32,000 nt of DNA from Candidatus Saccharimonadota bacterium (GTDB lineage Bacteria; Patescibacteriota; Gracilibacteria; UBA4473), in NCBI GenBank assembly GCA_965228485.1, contig OZ245819.1, positions 510,001 through 542,000 of the forward strand, written 5' to 3'. The translations under genes and the position numbers were made by a program. Positions 7,540 to 17,019 of this stretch are shown in pieces. Position 1 is the first letter of the stretch, and each line of letters opens with the position of its first letter. The notes beneath the pieces are model-generated. The model searched no databases, had not been told where the DNA came from, and saw only the letters and a program-made list of their open reading frames with translations.

Positions 7540-9744
7540 CTAAATCTCAACCTGACAAAAATCTCGTACGTAACTACTTGGTACTTCTTGATATTGACCT
7601 GGCAGATTCTTAATAGCGATATAAAACTTATCCCCAGAACGATACAATGGTACACCTTTTTTATTTTCTACAGGGATATAACCTTCATCTACACCCTCTT
7701 TTGCAGGCTCTTCTGTTTCATCTTGCTGAATATCTTGATTTATGTCTTTACATTTTCCGCCTTCAACACCGACAAATGACCAAAAATTACTTTTTTCTGC
7801 CTGTTCAAATTCTATTCCTTCAGTCTCTAGAATTCCTTTCAGCTCAGTTAAATCCAAATCATCAGAATCTCCCTGTGAATCAAAAACATTAAGTATTTTT
7901 AAAACACCATCTTGATTTTTACTAATCCATACACCTTCAACCTGGACTTCTGGATCTTGATCAAAAACCAAATAAAAAGCCTCCTCTCCGGGTTTCAAAA
8001 CATCAATAAAATCTAACCCTGTAAGATCTGCATCACTTTCTGTTTGTGTTTCTGTATCCAGGTCATTTTCTTTATTAATTCCTTTAATTTTAAACCAACT
8101 TGATCCTTCAATAGCCGATAATTGCTCACCAAAAATTAAGTTCATTATCCACATCATCCCCTTCCTTGAACGAACGGCACTATCTGTATCTGGATTTATA
8201 CCCTGTTCCAAAGCTTCCTCTTTGGTGATAATTCTTGCTAAACGTAATTGAGAATAAAGCTGATAAAAATACCTATAGGGATTTGCTCCACCAAGCATAA
8301 ATTTGTAATCATCTTTTCCGCCTTTATTCCCTATAGTGATTGAAGGTTTTGAATTAAATGTTATCTCGCCACCCTCAATAAAAACAAAATTCTGATCCTC
8401 GTTACTTTCGTCTAATTCTTTAAAATCCGTAATAAGCATTAACCTTAAACGAAATAAGACTTTCTCCTGATGATCTTTAAGGGAAAGGAGTTTGATATCT
8501 TTTCTGCCAGACAAAGCTGGATATAGAATTCGATAAATAGCTGTTGGATCAGTAATCTGATGATCTTTTATAGAAGCCTCAATGTGAACTTTATCTTCTG
8601 GAAGATAGTCATCTTCTAATGATCTATAAACTTTAATAAAGCCATCTTTTGCCTGAACTCCTTGAATACTGAGCCCTGATACATCCCAATTAGTAACGGA
8701 AAAAACATCCAACTCTAAGACTTCACTAGAGTTACGATGAAGAGCCCTCTTCCATCGATCGTCTGACTCCACATTGTCAAAATAACAAACTAAATCATCC
8801 GCATAAGACATGACTTGAACTTCTGGCATCTCTGCAAACACCACTCTCAAAATAGCGTACACATCTCGATTATCTTGAATTTTGTCACTGCGCCCTTTAA
8901 GAGAAAACTCTTCTGGTAAAACTGATTCAATTTGACCTAAAACTCGAGTAAAGTATGACCACGGCTTAACTCCATCAATTTTAAACTCATGCTTAATCTT
9001 TTGAGAAGATAGTGCAAAAGGGTTTATTTTTGTAACTCCATCCTCAACCGTAACGAATCCTAAATCTTCATTCTGGGTATGAGCTAAAACCAGGTGTGAT
9101 AATATTTTTTTGGGTAAAAATTTACGGAGATATTCATCATTATCTAAGACTTCCACTTTTGGTAGTTCCTGACTTACCCGAGAAAGGAGCATCCGAATTA
9201 TATTTAAATCTCGAACTTTTAACGTTCCATCATCTGCAATATTTATGCTCTCAAGTATAAAATGCCTTTCTTCAGCTGTGAACAAATCTTCGTAAGCACG
9301 GTACAAATTACCAAAATAAATATCATACGCTACCCCTCCAATTTTTTGTGATCTAGATCGTGGCCAATCAACAGCATCTGGACATAAACGATAATCTGAA
9401 CCAACTCTCAAGACGAAATCTGAAGTTTCTGAATTTGAGGCAAAATCAAGCAAATCTTTTCGAACTTGTATTGGGGTGTACTTAAGTAAAAGTTTTTTAA
9501 TCTTTGCCCTATAAAATTTTAACACTCGAATCCCTCTCGCAGGACCTTTTGCGAGTGTATCACAAATGTCATTAACTCTAATTTCATCAGATTCATAGTT
9601 TTTTTCTAAACAAGATGAAATAATTTTACGCACAGATTTTTCAATTTCATCAACTTCAGATTCTTCATATCCATCCTCTAACAACACTTCTCTCCCCCCA
9701 GAAAAATGATGTTCTAAAAAAGAGTCTCTATAAAGATCTGCCAT
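7540..9744 (-). CDS. Large acidic hypothetical protein (734 aa)
   Basis: Long clean ORF. Its stop is 2 nt from the start of the next gene and its start is 31 nt after the dGTPase-like stop. No Walker, nuclease, HTH, signal-peptide or TM motif recognised by eye. Confidence 0.8.
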   Translation of the reverse strand: MADLYRDSFLEHHFSGGREVLLEDGYEESEVDEIEKSVRKIISSCLEKNYESDEIRVNDICDTLAKGPARGIRVLKFYRAKIKKLLLKYTPIQVRKDLLDFASNSETSDFVLRVGSDYRLCPDAVDWPRSRSQKIGGVAYDIYFGNLYRAYEDLFTAEERHFILESINIADDGTLKVRDLNIIRMLLSRVSQELPKVEVLDNDEYLRKFLPKKILSHLVLAHTQNEDLGFVTVEDGVTKINPFALSSQKIKHEFKIDGVKPWSYFTRVLGQIESVLPEEFSLKGRSDKIQDNRDVYAILRVVFAEMPEVQVMSYADDLVCYFDNVESDDRWKRALHRNSSEVLELDVFSVTNWDVSGLSIQGVQAKDGFIKVYRSLEDDYLPEDKVHIEASIKDHQITDPTAIYRILYPALSGRKDIKLLSLKDHQEKVLFRLRLMLITDFKELDESNEDQNFVFIEGGEITFNSKPSITIGNKGGKDDYKFMLGGANPYRYFYQLYSQLRLARIITKEEALEQGINPDTDSAVRSRKGMMWIMNLIFGEQLSAIEGSSWFKIKGINKENDLDTETQTESDADLTGLDFIDVLKPGEEAFYLVFDQDPEVQVEGVWISKNQDGVLKILNVFDSQGDSDDLDLTELKGILETEGIEFEQAEKSNFWSFVGVEGGKCKDINQDIQQDETEEPAKEGVDEGYIPVENKKGVPLYRSGDKFYIAIKNLPGQYQEVPSSYVRDFCQVEI

Positions 9745-9775
9745 TAACTATTTATTAGGATTTTTTTATTTTTTG

Positions 9776-10882
9776 TCAAGATGCAAATTCCTGCAAAAAA
9801 CGATCTGTCATCCCAGCAATGTAATCACAAATCCTCTGATGAATATTTTCTTCGGGCATGAACTCCGTTGGAATTTTATTTGGATACTTAACTAAATGAT
9901 CAAAGACTTTGTAAATTAAATCTTCTCCAGACTTTGTCATTCCCATCACCTCTGGTGTTCGGTAGTAGTTTTCCATAAGAAATTTTTTGAGATCCAAAAA
10001 CTGCTGATAGAACTCTGGAGAAAAAGCCACAATGCTTTTTGGAATTTTCTGTACTTGGGCCAAGGTTTGGATATTAAGCGTTTCTAAATTCGACTCGGTA
10101 TCACTTACCAATTGATAGAGCAGCTTATGCATAATACGCCGAATGAAAGTTGCCCTCATAATTTTCCCATGCCCCTCTACTTCCTGAAGTGCTTCAGCAC
10201 ACATTGGAAACTGTGATAGATCCGCCAAAGAGAAAAAATTGGCTCTCATCCCATCTTCTAAATCAGCCGATAAATAGGCAATCTCATCCGACAAATCAAC
10301 TAATTGAGATTCTAGATGAGGGAAAAACACCTTCCCTCGCTCCCCTCGATCAAAAGACCGCTCGTGTTTTTGTATTCCTTCCAGTACTTCAAGAGTCAGG
10401 TTCAAACCCTCAAACGCCTCATAACGACGCTCATAGACTTCTACAATTCGTAACGACTGGATATTATGGTCAAAGGTTAAACCATGTTCTCTCATTTTAT
10501 TATCCAGAGCCCTTTCTCCCGCATGTCCAAAAGGAGGGTGCCCTAAATCATGAGCTAAAGCTACGGCTTCAGCTAAATCTTCGTTAAGTTTTAGATGTCG
10601 AGCCAAATCTCGAGCCACTTGGGACACTTCAATCGTATGACTCAAACGATTTCGAAAATGATCTCCCGACATAGGAGACACCACTTGCATTTTCCCCTTT
10701 AGTCGACGAAAAGCCGTCGTATGGATAATACGATCACGATCTCGCTGAAATGGTAATCTATCAGGATCAACTCTCTCTGGAAATTTTCGCCCTCGACTCT
10801 GAGAATTTAACTGAGCAAAAGGGGCTAAATGAGTATCAAAACGATCCCATAAATTTGAACCATCCAACTTTCTATTTGTCAT
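9776..10882 (-). CDS. dGTP triphosphohydrolase-like HD-domain protein (short dgt-like form)
   Basis: Matches the dGTPase family through FQRDRDRIIHTTAFRRLKGKMQV, RLSHTIEVSQVARDLA, ALAHDLGHPPFGHAGE and the C-terminal DYIAGMTDRF. Confidence 0.85.
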   Translation of the reverse strand: MTNRKLDGSNLWDRFDTHLAPFAQLNSQSRGRKFPERVDPDRLPFQRDRDRIIHTTAFRRLKGKMQVVSPMSGDHFRNRLSHTIEVSQVARDLARHLKLNEDLAEAVALAHDLGHPPFGHAGERALDNKMREHGLTFDHNIQSLRIVEVYERRYEAFEGLNLTLEVLEGIQKHERSFDRGERGKVFFPHLESQLVDLSDEIAYLSADLEDGMRANFFSLADLSQFPMCAEALQEVEGHGKIMRATFIRRIMHKLLYQLVSDTESNLETLNIQTLAQVQKIPKSIVAFSPEFYQQFLDLKKFLMENYYRTPEVMGMTKSGEDLIYKVFDHLVKYPNKIPTEFMPEENIHQRICDYIAGMTDRFLQEFAS

Positions 10883-10903
10883 TTTACGTAAACATCATAA
10901 AAT
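10876..10903 (+). promoter_or_regulatory. Sigma70-like promoter for the lemA operon
   Basis: TTGTCA (10876-10881), a 16-nt spacer, then TAAAAT (10898-10903). The predicted start is near 10910, upstream of the 51-aa ORF and lemA. Confidence 0.5.
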
Positions 10904-10921
10904 TTTCATGAAACATTTACC

Positions 10922-11077
10922 ATGGAAAATCGTTTTTTCGGTTTCGACTCAAGCCAAATGAATCTTTCACTTCCAAATGAACAACAACTGGAAATGGAGA
11001 TGAAAGATATTTTTGGACATAAAAGTTTCGAAACTTCCCTCATTTTTTCTCAAGCTATTGAACATCAATCTGCCTAA
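10922..11077 (+). CDS. Possible small protein (51 aa)
   Basis: Below the size cutoff of the ORF track. Hand translation: MENRFFGFDSSQMNLSLPNEQQLEMEMKDIFGHKSFETSLIFSQAIEHQSA. It starts about 12 nt after the predicted transcription start and ends 3 nt before the lemA ATG. No homology evidence. Confidence 0.3.
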   Translation: MENRFFGFDSSQMNLSLPNEQQLEMEMKDIFGHKSFETSLIFSQAIEHQSA

Positions 11078-11080
11078 ACT

Positions 11081-11707
11081 ATGAAAGACAAAGTCCCACG
11101 AGTAGCTCCCGAAAGTAAGAATATTTTTGATAGTTTTGCTGATGGTTTCAGTGGTGCTTTTGAGTTTCTAGGAAATTTCTTAACTAACTTTGGTCTCTGG
11201 CTCTTTGTATTGCTCGTTATTGCCGGAATCTTGATCTTCATCTGGCGAAAACTTTCTCAAAGAAGAGCTCAGATTGAAAAATTATGGGTATACATTTTAT
11301 TTTTTCTCACGAAAAGACAAATGCTTATCCCTCTGGTTATTAGTCTTTCGAAAAAAGATAATCACCTCGATTCAGACGTTCAATCAGCCCTCCTCGAGAT
11401 TCGTGAACAGTGTCGAAATGTTTCTCTCAAGAAAAGCCCTCGAGAACGAATGGAATTAGAAGAGCAGGTTTCTGAAATTCTCTTTATCTACTTCTCAAAC
11501 CTTGAGAAAGAAGGAACGATCAAACCAGGAACTAAATTTGAAAAAATTGTTAAAGATCTTGAGTTTATTGATGCTAAATTGGTACAGCTACAAAAGGTTT
11601 ATAACCATGAAGTAATTCGTTGGAACAAGCTTGTAAACTTCCCCGTTTCCAGTCTTATTCTCCGGTTGATGCAGTTTGACCCATTCCAAAAATTCACCAC
11701 TAAATGA
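11081..11707 (+). CDS. lemA: LemA-family membrane protein (divergent)
   Basis: N-terminal TM helix. IEKLWVYILFFLTKRQMLIPLVISL and YNHEVIRWNKLVNFPVSSLILRLMQFDP resemble the LemA blocks AWSxIDVQLKRRxDLIPNLV and YNxxVxxYNxxIxxFPxNxVA. Confidence 0.6.
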   Translation: MKDKVPRVAPESKNIFDSFADGFSGAFEFLGNFLTNFGLWLFVLLVIAGILIFIWRKLSQRRAQIEKLWVYILFFLTKRQMLIPLVISLSKKDNHLDSDVQSALLEIREQCRNVSLKKSPRERMELEEQVSEILFIYFSNLEKEGTIKPGTKFEKIVKDLEFIDAKLVQLQKVYNHEVIRWNKLVNFPVSSLILRLMQFDPFQKFTTK

Positions 11708-12474
11708 TCTATACCTGGGATATAGATCCGGTCGCTTTGAGTATTATGGGATTACAAATTCGCTGGTATGGACTGGCCTATTTAGCGAGCTATTTTTTAT
11801 TTGAATACCTTGGCTGGTGGTGCTACAAAAACTTTCACCCAAAACCAACACTTACCAAAGAAGCTTTTGGTAAGCTCGTTTTTTCCGGATTTATTGCTGG
11901 AGTCATCGGTGGACGACTTGGATACTTCTTGTTTTACAGTCCAGAAACTTTTTGGACCAATCCACTTGAGGTACTAATGATCTGGCATGGCGGCATGTCT
12001 ATCCATGGAGGAATTTTGGGAGTCGTTTTATTTGGCCTCTGGCAACAATACCGACATAAAATTAACTGGCTCAGTATTGCCGACGTTGTCAGTCTTCCTT
12101 TGGCTTTTAGTCTCTTTTTAGGACGACTGGCAAACTTTATAAACGGAGAACTTTATGGACGTCCGACCGATCAAACCTGGGGTGTTATCTTCCCTCATGT
12201 AGACGAACTTTTACGTCATCCAAGCCAGCTCTATGAAGCGGGGAAAAATATTATCCTGGTATTACTGGTTTTTTATGCCCTCCGCAAAGGATGGGCCAAA
12301 ACACCAGGAAAGACTTTTGGACTTTTTGTTCTTGGGTATGGAATTTTAAGATTTAGTATCGAGTTTGTTCGAGAGCCTAATTTCTTTATCGGCCCATTGA
12401 CTATGGGACAAACGCTGTGTATGTTGATGGTAATTATTGGTAGTTTTCTGATTTTTAGTACATGCAAAAAGTAA
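11704..12474 (+). CDS. lgt: Prolipoprotein diacylglyceryl transferase
   Basis: Motifs WHGGMSIHGG, GRLANFINGELYGRPT and HPSQLYEA, in a polytopic membrane protein. ATGA overlap with lemA. Confidence 0.9.
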   Translation: MIYTWDIDPVALSIMGLQIRWYGLAYLASYFLFEYLGWWCYKNFHPKPTLTKEAFGKLVFSGFIAGVIGGRLGYFLFYSPETFWTNPLEVLMIWHGGMSIHGGILGVVLFGLWQQYRHKINWLSIADVVSLPLAFSLFLGRLANFINGELYGRPTDQTWGVIFPHVDELLRHPSQLYEAGKNIILVLLVFYALRKGWAKTPGKTFGLFVLGYGILRFSIEFVREPNFFIGPLTMGQTLCMLMVIIGSFLIFSTCKK

Positions 12475-13076
12475 TTATTACTACAATCGCCATCATTACT
12501 CTTACCGCTTGTTCTGAGCCTGAAAATAAGAGTGCTAATAACACGCAAAATCCAAACGAAGTGGCAAAAGAAAATGTAAACACTACTGCACAGCCAGTAG
12601 AAAAAGTAGTCATTACCGAATTCTTTGACTATGGATGTGGTCATTGCCGAAATGCTCACTTCACCATAAAAAAGCTCAAAGAAAAATATGGTGATCGTAT
12701 TGAGGTCACAGAAAAACACTTCCCTTTATCGGGAACAACATTTCTGGTAGCAGAAACGGCAGAATGTGCTCGAGATCAGGGAAAATTCTATGAATATCAC
12801 GATGCTCTTATTGAACAAAACTTTGGTCTTTATGAACCAGAAAATCTTCAAAAAGTTGCTGAGAGTGTCGGCATCGATATCGAAGAATTTAACACTTGTG
12901 CTGCTAATGGAGTGGGGAAAACTCGAGTTCAAGAAGATGTAAATTACGCTGAAAGTTTAGGCGTTAAAGGAACGCCATTCTTTCTTATTAATGAATCGGT
13001 TCCTGTGCCTGGAGCTATTCCAGAAAAAAGTTTTGATCGTCTTATAAATCAAGTTTTAAATGGAGAAGTCAGCTAA
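12462..13076 (+). CDS. DsbA-family thiol:disulfide oxidoreductase lipoprotein
   Basis: Lipobox ITLTAC and active site CGHC within FFDYGCGHCRNAH. Also GVKGTPFFLIN, as in the DsbA/BdbD family. 13-nt overlap with lgt. Confidence 0.8.
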   Translation: MQKVIITTIAIITLTACSEPENKSANNTQNPNEVAKENVNTTAQPVEKVVITEFFDYGCGHCRNAHFTIKKLKEKYGDRIEVTEKHFPLSGTTFLVAETAECARDQGKFYEYHDALIEQNFGLYEPENLQKVAESVGIDIEEFNTCAANGVGKTRVQEDVNYAESLGVKGTPFFLINESVPVPGAIPEKSFDRLINQVLNGEVS

Positions 13077-13353
13077 CGATCCTCAAGTATTTATAGACTG
13101 GATCGAAGAAAATCTCCCGCTAGAGGAGGAAATTGTTTTTGATGCCAAAATTACTGCAGGCAGCAATCGCACAGAAGTTTTTGGAATCCTAGAAGATGGA
13201 ACGATTAAAATACGAGTGAATGCTCAGCCTGAAAGTGGGAAAGCCAATAAAGTCCTCATCAAATATTTAGAAGATCTATTTATTTGTGATGCAGAAATCC
13301 TTAGCGGAGAATCTAGTGAGAAGAAAAAAATTAAGCTTAGTGTCAGTCAATAA
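13060..13353 (+). CDS. DUF167 / YggU-family protein
   Basis: ITAGSNRTEV...IKIRVNAQPESGKANKVLIKYLEDLF...ILSGESSEKKKIKL matches the YggU pattern (APPxxGKANxxLxxFL...SGxxSRxK). Confidence 0.75.
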   Translation: MEKSANDPQVFIDWIEENLPLEEEIVFDAKITAGSNRTEVFGILEDGTIKIRVNAQPESGKANKVLIKYLEDLFICDAEILSGESSEKKKIKLSVSQ

Positions 13354-14240
13354 TGGTAGACAAAAAGGCTCAAAACTTTGCTAAAAAATCTCTGGGACAG
13401 AATTTCCTGAACAATCCAAATGTAAGAGATCGAATTTTAAAAGAAGCGGGTGATATTTCTGGTAAAAATATTCTAGAAATTGGTCCAGGTCTAGGATTTT
13501 TAACCAGAGCTCTTCTAGAATCCAAGGCAAACCTTACCGCTATTGAATTTGATGAGAGAGCGGTAAAAATTCTTCAAAAGACTTTTAAAAACCCTGAATT
13601 CAAACTCATTGAAGGAAATTTTCTAGAGCAAGATTTGGATGAAATATTTGAACAAAAAAATTATTCAATAATTGCAAACATTCCCTACAACATTACGAAT
13701 CCAATATTGCGAAAAATATTGGAAAAGACAAAAAACAAGCCTCATTTTGCCATTCTCATGGTACAGAAAGAAGTTGCTCAAAAAATTTGTGATCCAATAA
13801 GCCACCTTATAGAGGCAAAACCAGAAGAAGAAAATATAATGTTTGGAGTACCGCTCCAAGGAGTCTCTCAATCGTCTAACACTCGAAAAAAATCGAAACG
13901 ATCTATCCTCTCTATAGCGGTAGAAGTCTACGCTGAAGCCAGATATTGTTTCACCGTTCCTCGCGAAGATTTTGATCCAGCGCCTAAAGTTGATTCAGCT
14001 ATTATGCGACTAGACATACGCTCAGAACCTCTAGTCAGCACCGAATTACAACGAGATTTCTTCACTGTAGTAAATGCTGGATTTAGTGAAAAGAGAAAGA
14101 AACTGGGCAATGTTCTTGGAAAATTTTTTGGTGTTGAACCGAAAAAACTACTGGGCAATATCGATCCAAACCGCCGAGCTGAAACTCTCGAGATTGAAGA
14201 ATGGATAGAAATAACCAAAAATTTTCGAGAAACGATTTAA
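13353..14240 (+). CDS. rsmA: 16S rRNA (adenine1518/1519-N6)-dimethyltransferase
   Basis: Motifs KSLGQNFL, EIGPGLGFLT, ANIPYNIT and PKVDSAIMRL. TAATG stop/start overlap with the previous gene. Contains an extra segment of about 25 aa (see findings). Confidence 0.9.
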   Translation: MVDKKAQNFAKKSLGQNFLNNPNVRDRILKEAGDISGKNILEIGPGLGFLTRALLESKANLTAIEFDERAVKILQKTFKNPEFKLIEGNFLEQDLDEIFEQKNYSIIANIPYNITNPILRKILEKTKNKPHFAILMVQKEVAQKICDPISHLIEAKPEEENIMFGVPLQGVSQSSNTRKKSKRSILSIAVEVYAEARYCFTVPREDFDPAPKVDSAIMRLDIRSEPLVSTELQRDFFTVVNAGFSEKRKKLGNVLGKFFGVEPKKLLGNIDPNRRAETLEIEEWIEITKNFRETI

Positions 14241-15103
14241 CGGTCTCCTCCAAACTTAAACCATTCGGGCCTAGCTAAGAGAGTTTTCAACATTCTTCCA
14301 ACGTCTTGCTTTTCATGACGTTTAGCAATTTTCCCTTTAATATCAAAATGCTCATTGATTGAACCAATAATTTGCAAGCACTCGACAATAAATTTCATAT
14401 CTTTTTCTTCCACATATCGATCTTTCGCTAATTTTTTTAGAATTCTCGCTAAGTTTTTTGCACGAATAGTTACATCCGCTTCTACGGCTTCTCTGTCTCG
14501 GGGATTTGTAAACAACTTTGCTGGATCTAAATATGCATCATGAGGTTTTGTCAGCGCTGACATATGCTCTTGCATAAAAGCTACTGGATTTTTCACTCCC
14601 ATTTTTCGCAAGCTGGTATTTACCACTTTTAAGAAATCTTTAGGAGGCATTCTTAAGGCTGTAAGATCAGTAATAAAAGCATCGATAGTCATAGGATCAA
14701 CACGATTTACATGACTCCCAATAGCCTCTGAAAAACCCTCATGATCAGAATTATTAAGTAGTGTTTTTAGCTGATGAACAAAACGAGGATTTGTTCTTTT
14801 AAAAGCTGGAACAATTCCATTAAGATCTTCCACTACTTCAAAACTATCTTGATTTGTTTTTACACCATCTAACATACCAACATTTAAATGCCCAATATCT
14901 TCCGCTCCAACATCAGCAATAATTTCTAAATCTGATGATTTTTGCTGGATCTTTCTCTGGACCCTTCCCTTAACAATTCTAACGTGTAAATATTTTTCAG
15001 GGTCAACCTTTAATGATTCTCGAATTCTACCAGCGATAGATGAAGCTAATACTAAAGCCTCAGTCTTTACCTCTTCCGCTTCAAAACGATTATCTTCTGG
15101 CAT
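14237..15103 (-). CDS. Hypothetical protein (288 aa)
   Basis: Clean ORF, cytoplasmic-looking and mostly helical. Convergent with rsmA with a 4-nt overlap. No family recognised. Confidence 0.7.
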   Translation of the reverse strand: MPEDNRFEAEEVKTEALVLASSIAGRIRESLKVDPEKYLHVRIVKGRVQRKIQQKSSDLEIIADVGAEDIGHLNVGMLDGVKTNQDSFEVVEDLNGIVPAFKRTNPRFVHQLKTLLNNSDHEGFSEAIGSHVNRVDPMTIDAFITDLTALRMPPKDFLKVVNTSLRKMGVKNPVAFMQEHMSALTKPHDAYLDPAKLFTNPRDREAVEADVTIRAKNLARILKKLAKDRYVEEKDMKFIVECLQIIGSINEHFDIKGKIAKRHEKQDVGRMLKTLLARPEWFKFGGDR

Positions 15104-15151
15104 ACTCGTATCTCTATAAACTTTTATTATAAAAAATCAAGTTTTTAGATA

Positions 15152-17017
15152 ATGTCAAAAACCAGCTTGTTTGACCCGAATTATAAAATGGATAAGAATG
15201 GCAATATGTTCCTCAAAAAACTGTCGCCAACGAATCTTTGGAATGCTAACAAAGAAACTTTTAAACGTTTCCCACTACCTCTAAGCTGTGCTTATGCGGT
15301 AGCGATTATTGCACTTCTTTATATTTCGTTTGAAGATGCGCTAGATGTTTGGATCATTCATAAATCCACTCTGGTGATATTTTTGGCAATGTTTTGGTAC
15401 TCGGCTCTTTCGGTATTTAATGAAAACAAAGAACACAACCAAAAAGTTCTGGGCCAAGGGTTACTCACTGGAGCTTTAATTTTATACTACCATTTTGGAC
15501 TTCCTGCTGATGAAAACCTCAGTGGTTCATCTTGGATTTTCCAATATATATTCTTAATTTTCACAGGACTCATTAGCCTTTCGTGGCTGGCTTTTAACCT
15601 CAAAGGAAAAACTGAAAATCTCAAAATCTGGGAATATAACCGTCAGGTCTGGACCAACTTACTGATTACTATTTTCTTTGGATTAATTCTCTTTCTTGGA
15701 GTATCGGCGGGAATTCTCGCCATTGATAATCTCTTTGGCGTTGATATTGATGAAAAATGGTATCTTCGAACGCTGGTTTTTGTGACGCTTCTATTCGGAC
15801 CTTCGTTCTTTCTCTACCACTTTCCAAAAAATGACAAGACACTAAAAATTCCCAAACAAGTCCCCCACTTTGTAAATGTATTGGCTAAATATATCCTTGC
15901 CCCCCTTGTGGTCGGATATTTCTTGATTCTTTATACCTATACTGGAAATATTATTATTACCTGGGACTGGCCAAAAAACCTAGTTTCTTGGCTAGTAATT
16001 GGCTTCTTGGCTGTTGGAATATTTACTTATGCTCTCTGGACACCTTTCTTCGAAGGGAAAGTTGAAAAATACCGACGATTATTTTGGGTGGCATTCATCC
16101 CTCAGGTTTGGGTGCTGTTTTGTGCCATTGGGATTCGTATTATGCAGTACTCTTGGACAGAAAACAGGTACACCGTCGTGATGTTTGGTGTGTGGCTCAT
16201 GCTTATTGCCCTGTACTTTATTTTTGATAAGAAAGCTCAACTCAAATATCTATTGGCTTCAATTTCTATTGTGGTACTGGGAACTCAATTTGGTCCATGG
16301 AGTATCTACGAAGTCAGTAAAAGAGCTCAGACTGAACGCCTTCAAGGATATTTAACTCAATATGATATTACGGGAAAAATTACAAAAGAAGAAAGCGCTA
16401 AAATACCATTTGAAGACCAAAAAGAAATTTCATCAATTGTTCGGTATCTGAATGATAGACACGGAAGAGATGCCGCACTCGCGGCGCTGCCTGTAGATCA
16501 AAATAAATTTAAGTCTGATGATTATTCTCAGTGGGAAATTCCAGAAACTTTATTGGAATCAGTCGGCCTAAGATATATCAGCCGATGGGAGAACTCTAGC
16601 GATGGATATTTCAACCTCTCTCCTGCCTATAACGCTCCAAGAGACATCTCTGGATATGATCTACAAATTCGATCCAATATCTATAACGATAATTACAAAA
16701 CCAATGAAACTTGGGCTATTTTACTCAATCAAGAAGATCAAAAAATTTCCATCTATGAAGGTTCAACCTTATTAGGAGAATTTGATGTCAGTGAAAAGCT
16801 AGAACAAATGAAATCTGATTTCCAGGATTATCCGAATGAAGACATTTTATTTAAAACAAAAGAAACAGTTAGCAGTGGCAATAATATTAATCCTGAAGCC
16901 ATGTCTGAAATTTATGAAAATGATCAGATAAAGCTGAAGGTCTATTTCACCAATCTTTCTGGAAGAAATAACAAAATTGACTATTTTTATGTAGAGGTAT
17001 TTGCGACCAAAAAATAA
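15152..17017 (+). CDS. Polytopic membrane protein with a soluble C-terminal domain (possibly DUF4153-like)
   Basis: 621-aa ORF with roughly ten or more hydrophobic helices in the first ~390 aa, then a hydrophilic ~230-aa tail. The DUF4153 resemblance is from memory only. Confidence 0.75.
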   Translation: MSKTSLFDPNYKMDKNGNMFLKKLSPTNLWNANKETFKRFPLPLSCAYAVAIIALLYISFEDALDVWIIHKSTLVIFLAMFWYSALSVFNENKEHNQKVLGQGLLTGALILYYHFGLPADENLSGSSWIFQYIFLIFTGLISLSWLAFNLKGKTENLKIWEYNRQVWTNLLITIFFGLILFLGVSAGILAIDNLFGVDIDEKWYLRTLVFVTLLFGPSFFLYHFPKNDKTLKIPKQVPHFVNVLAKYILAPLVVGYFLILYTYTGNIIITWDWPKNLVSWLVIGFLAVGIFTYALWTPFFEGKVEKYRRLFWVAFIPQVWVLFCAIGIRIMQYSWTENRYTVVMFGVWLMLIALYFIFDKKAQLKYLLASISIVVLGTQFGPWSIYEVSKRAQTERLQGYLTQYDITGKITKEESAKIPFEDQKEISSIVRYLNDRHGRDAALAALPVDQNKFKSDDYSQWEIPETLLESVGLRYISRWENSSDGYFNLSPAYNAPRDISGYDLQIRSNIYNDNYKTNETWAILLNQEDQKISIYEGSTLLGEFDVSEKLEQMKSDFQDYPNEDILFKTKETVSSGNNINPEAMSEIYENDQIKLKVYFTNLSGRNNKIDYFYVEVFATKK

Positions 17018-17019
17018 AA

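Noticed and set aside
9776-10882. dGTPase as a dNTP-depletion anti-phage defence gene, with the 734-aa orphan as a partner.
   Set aside because: The 368-aa protein looks like the widespread short housekeeping dGTPase-like form. It sits in an operon with amino-acid biosynthesis genes, and the neighbourhood has no other defence or mobile hallmarks.
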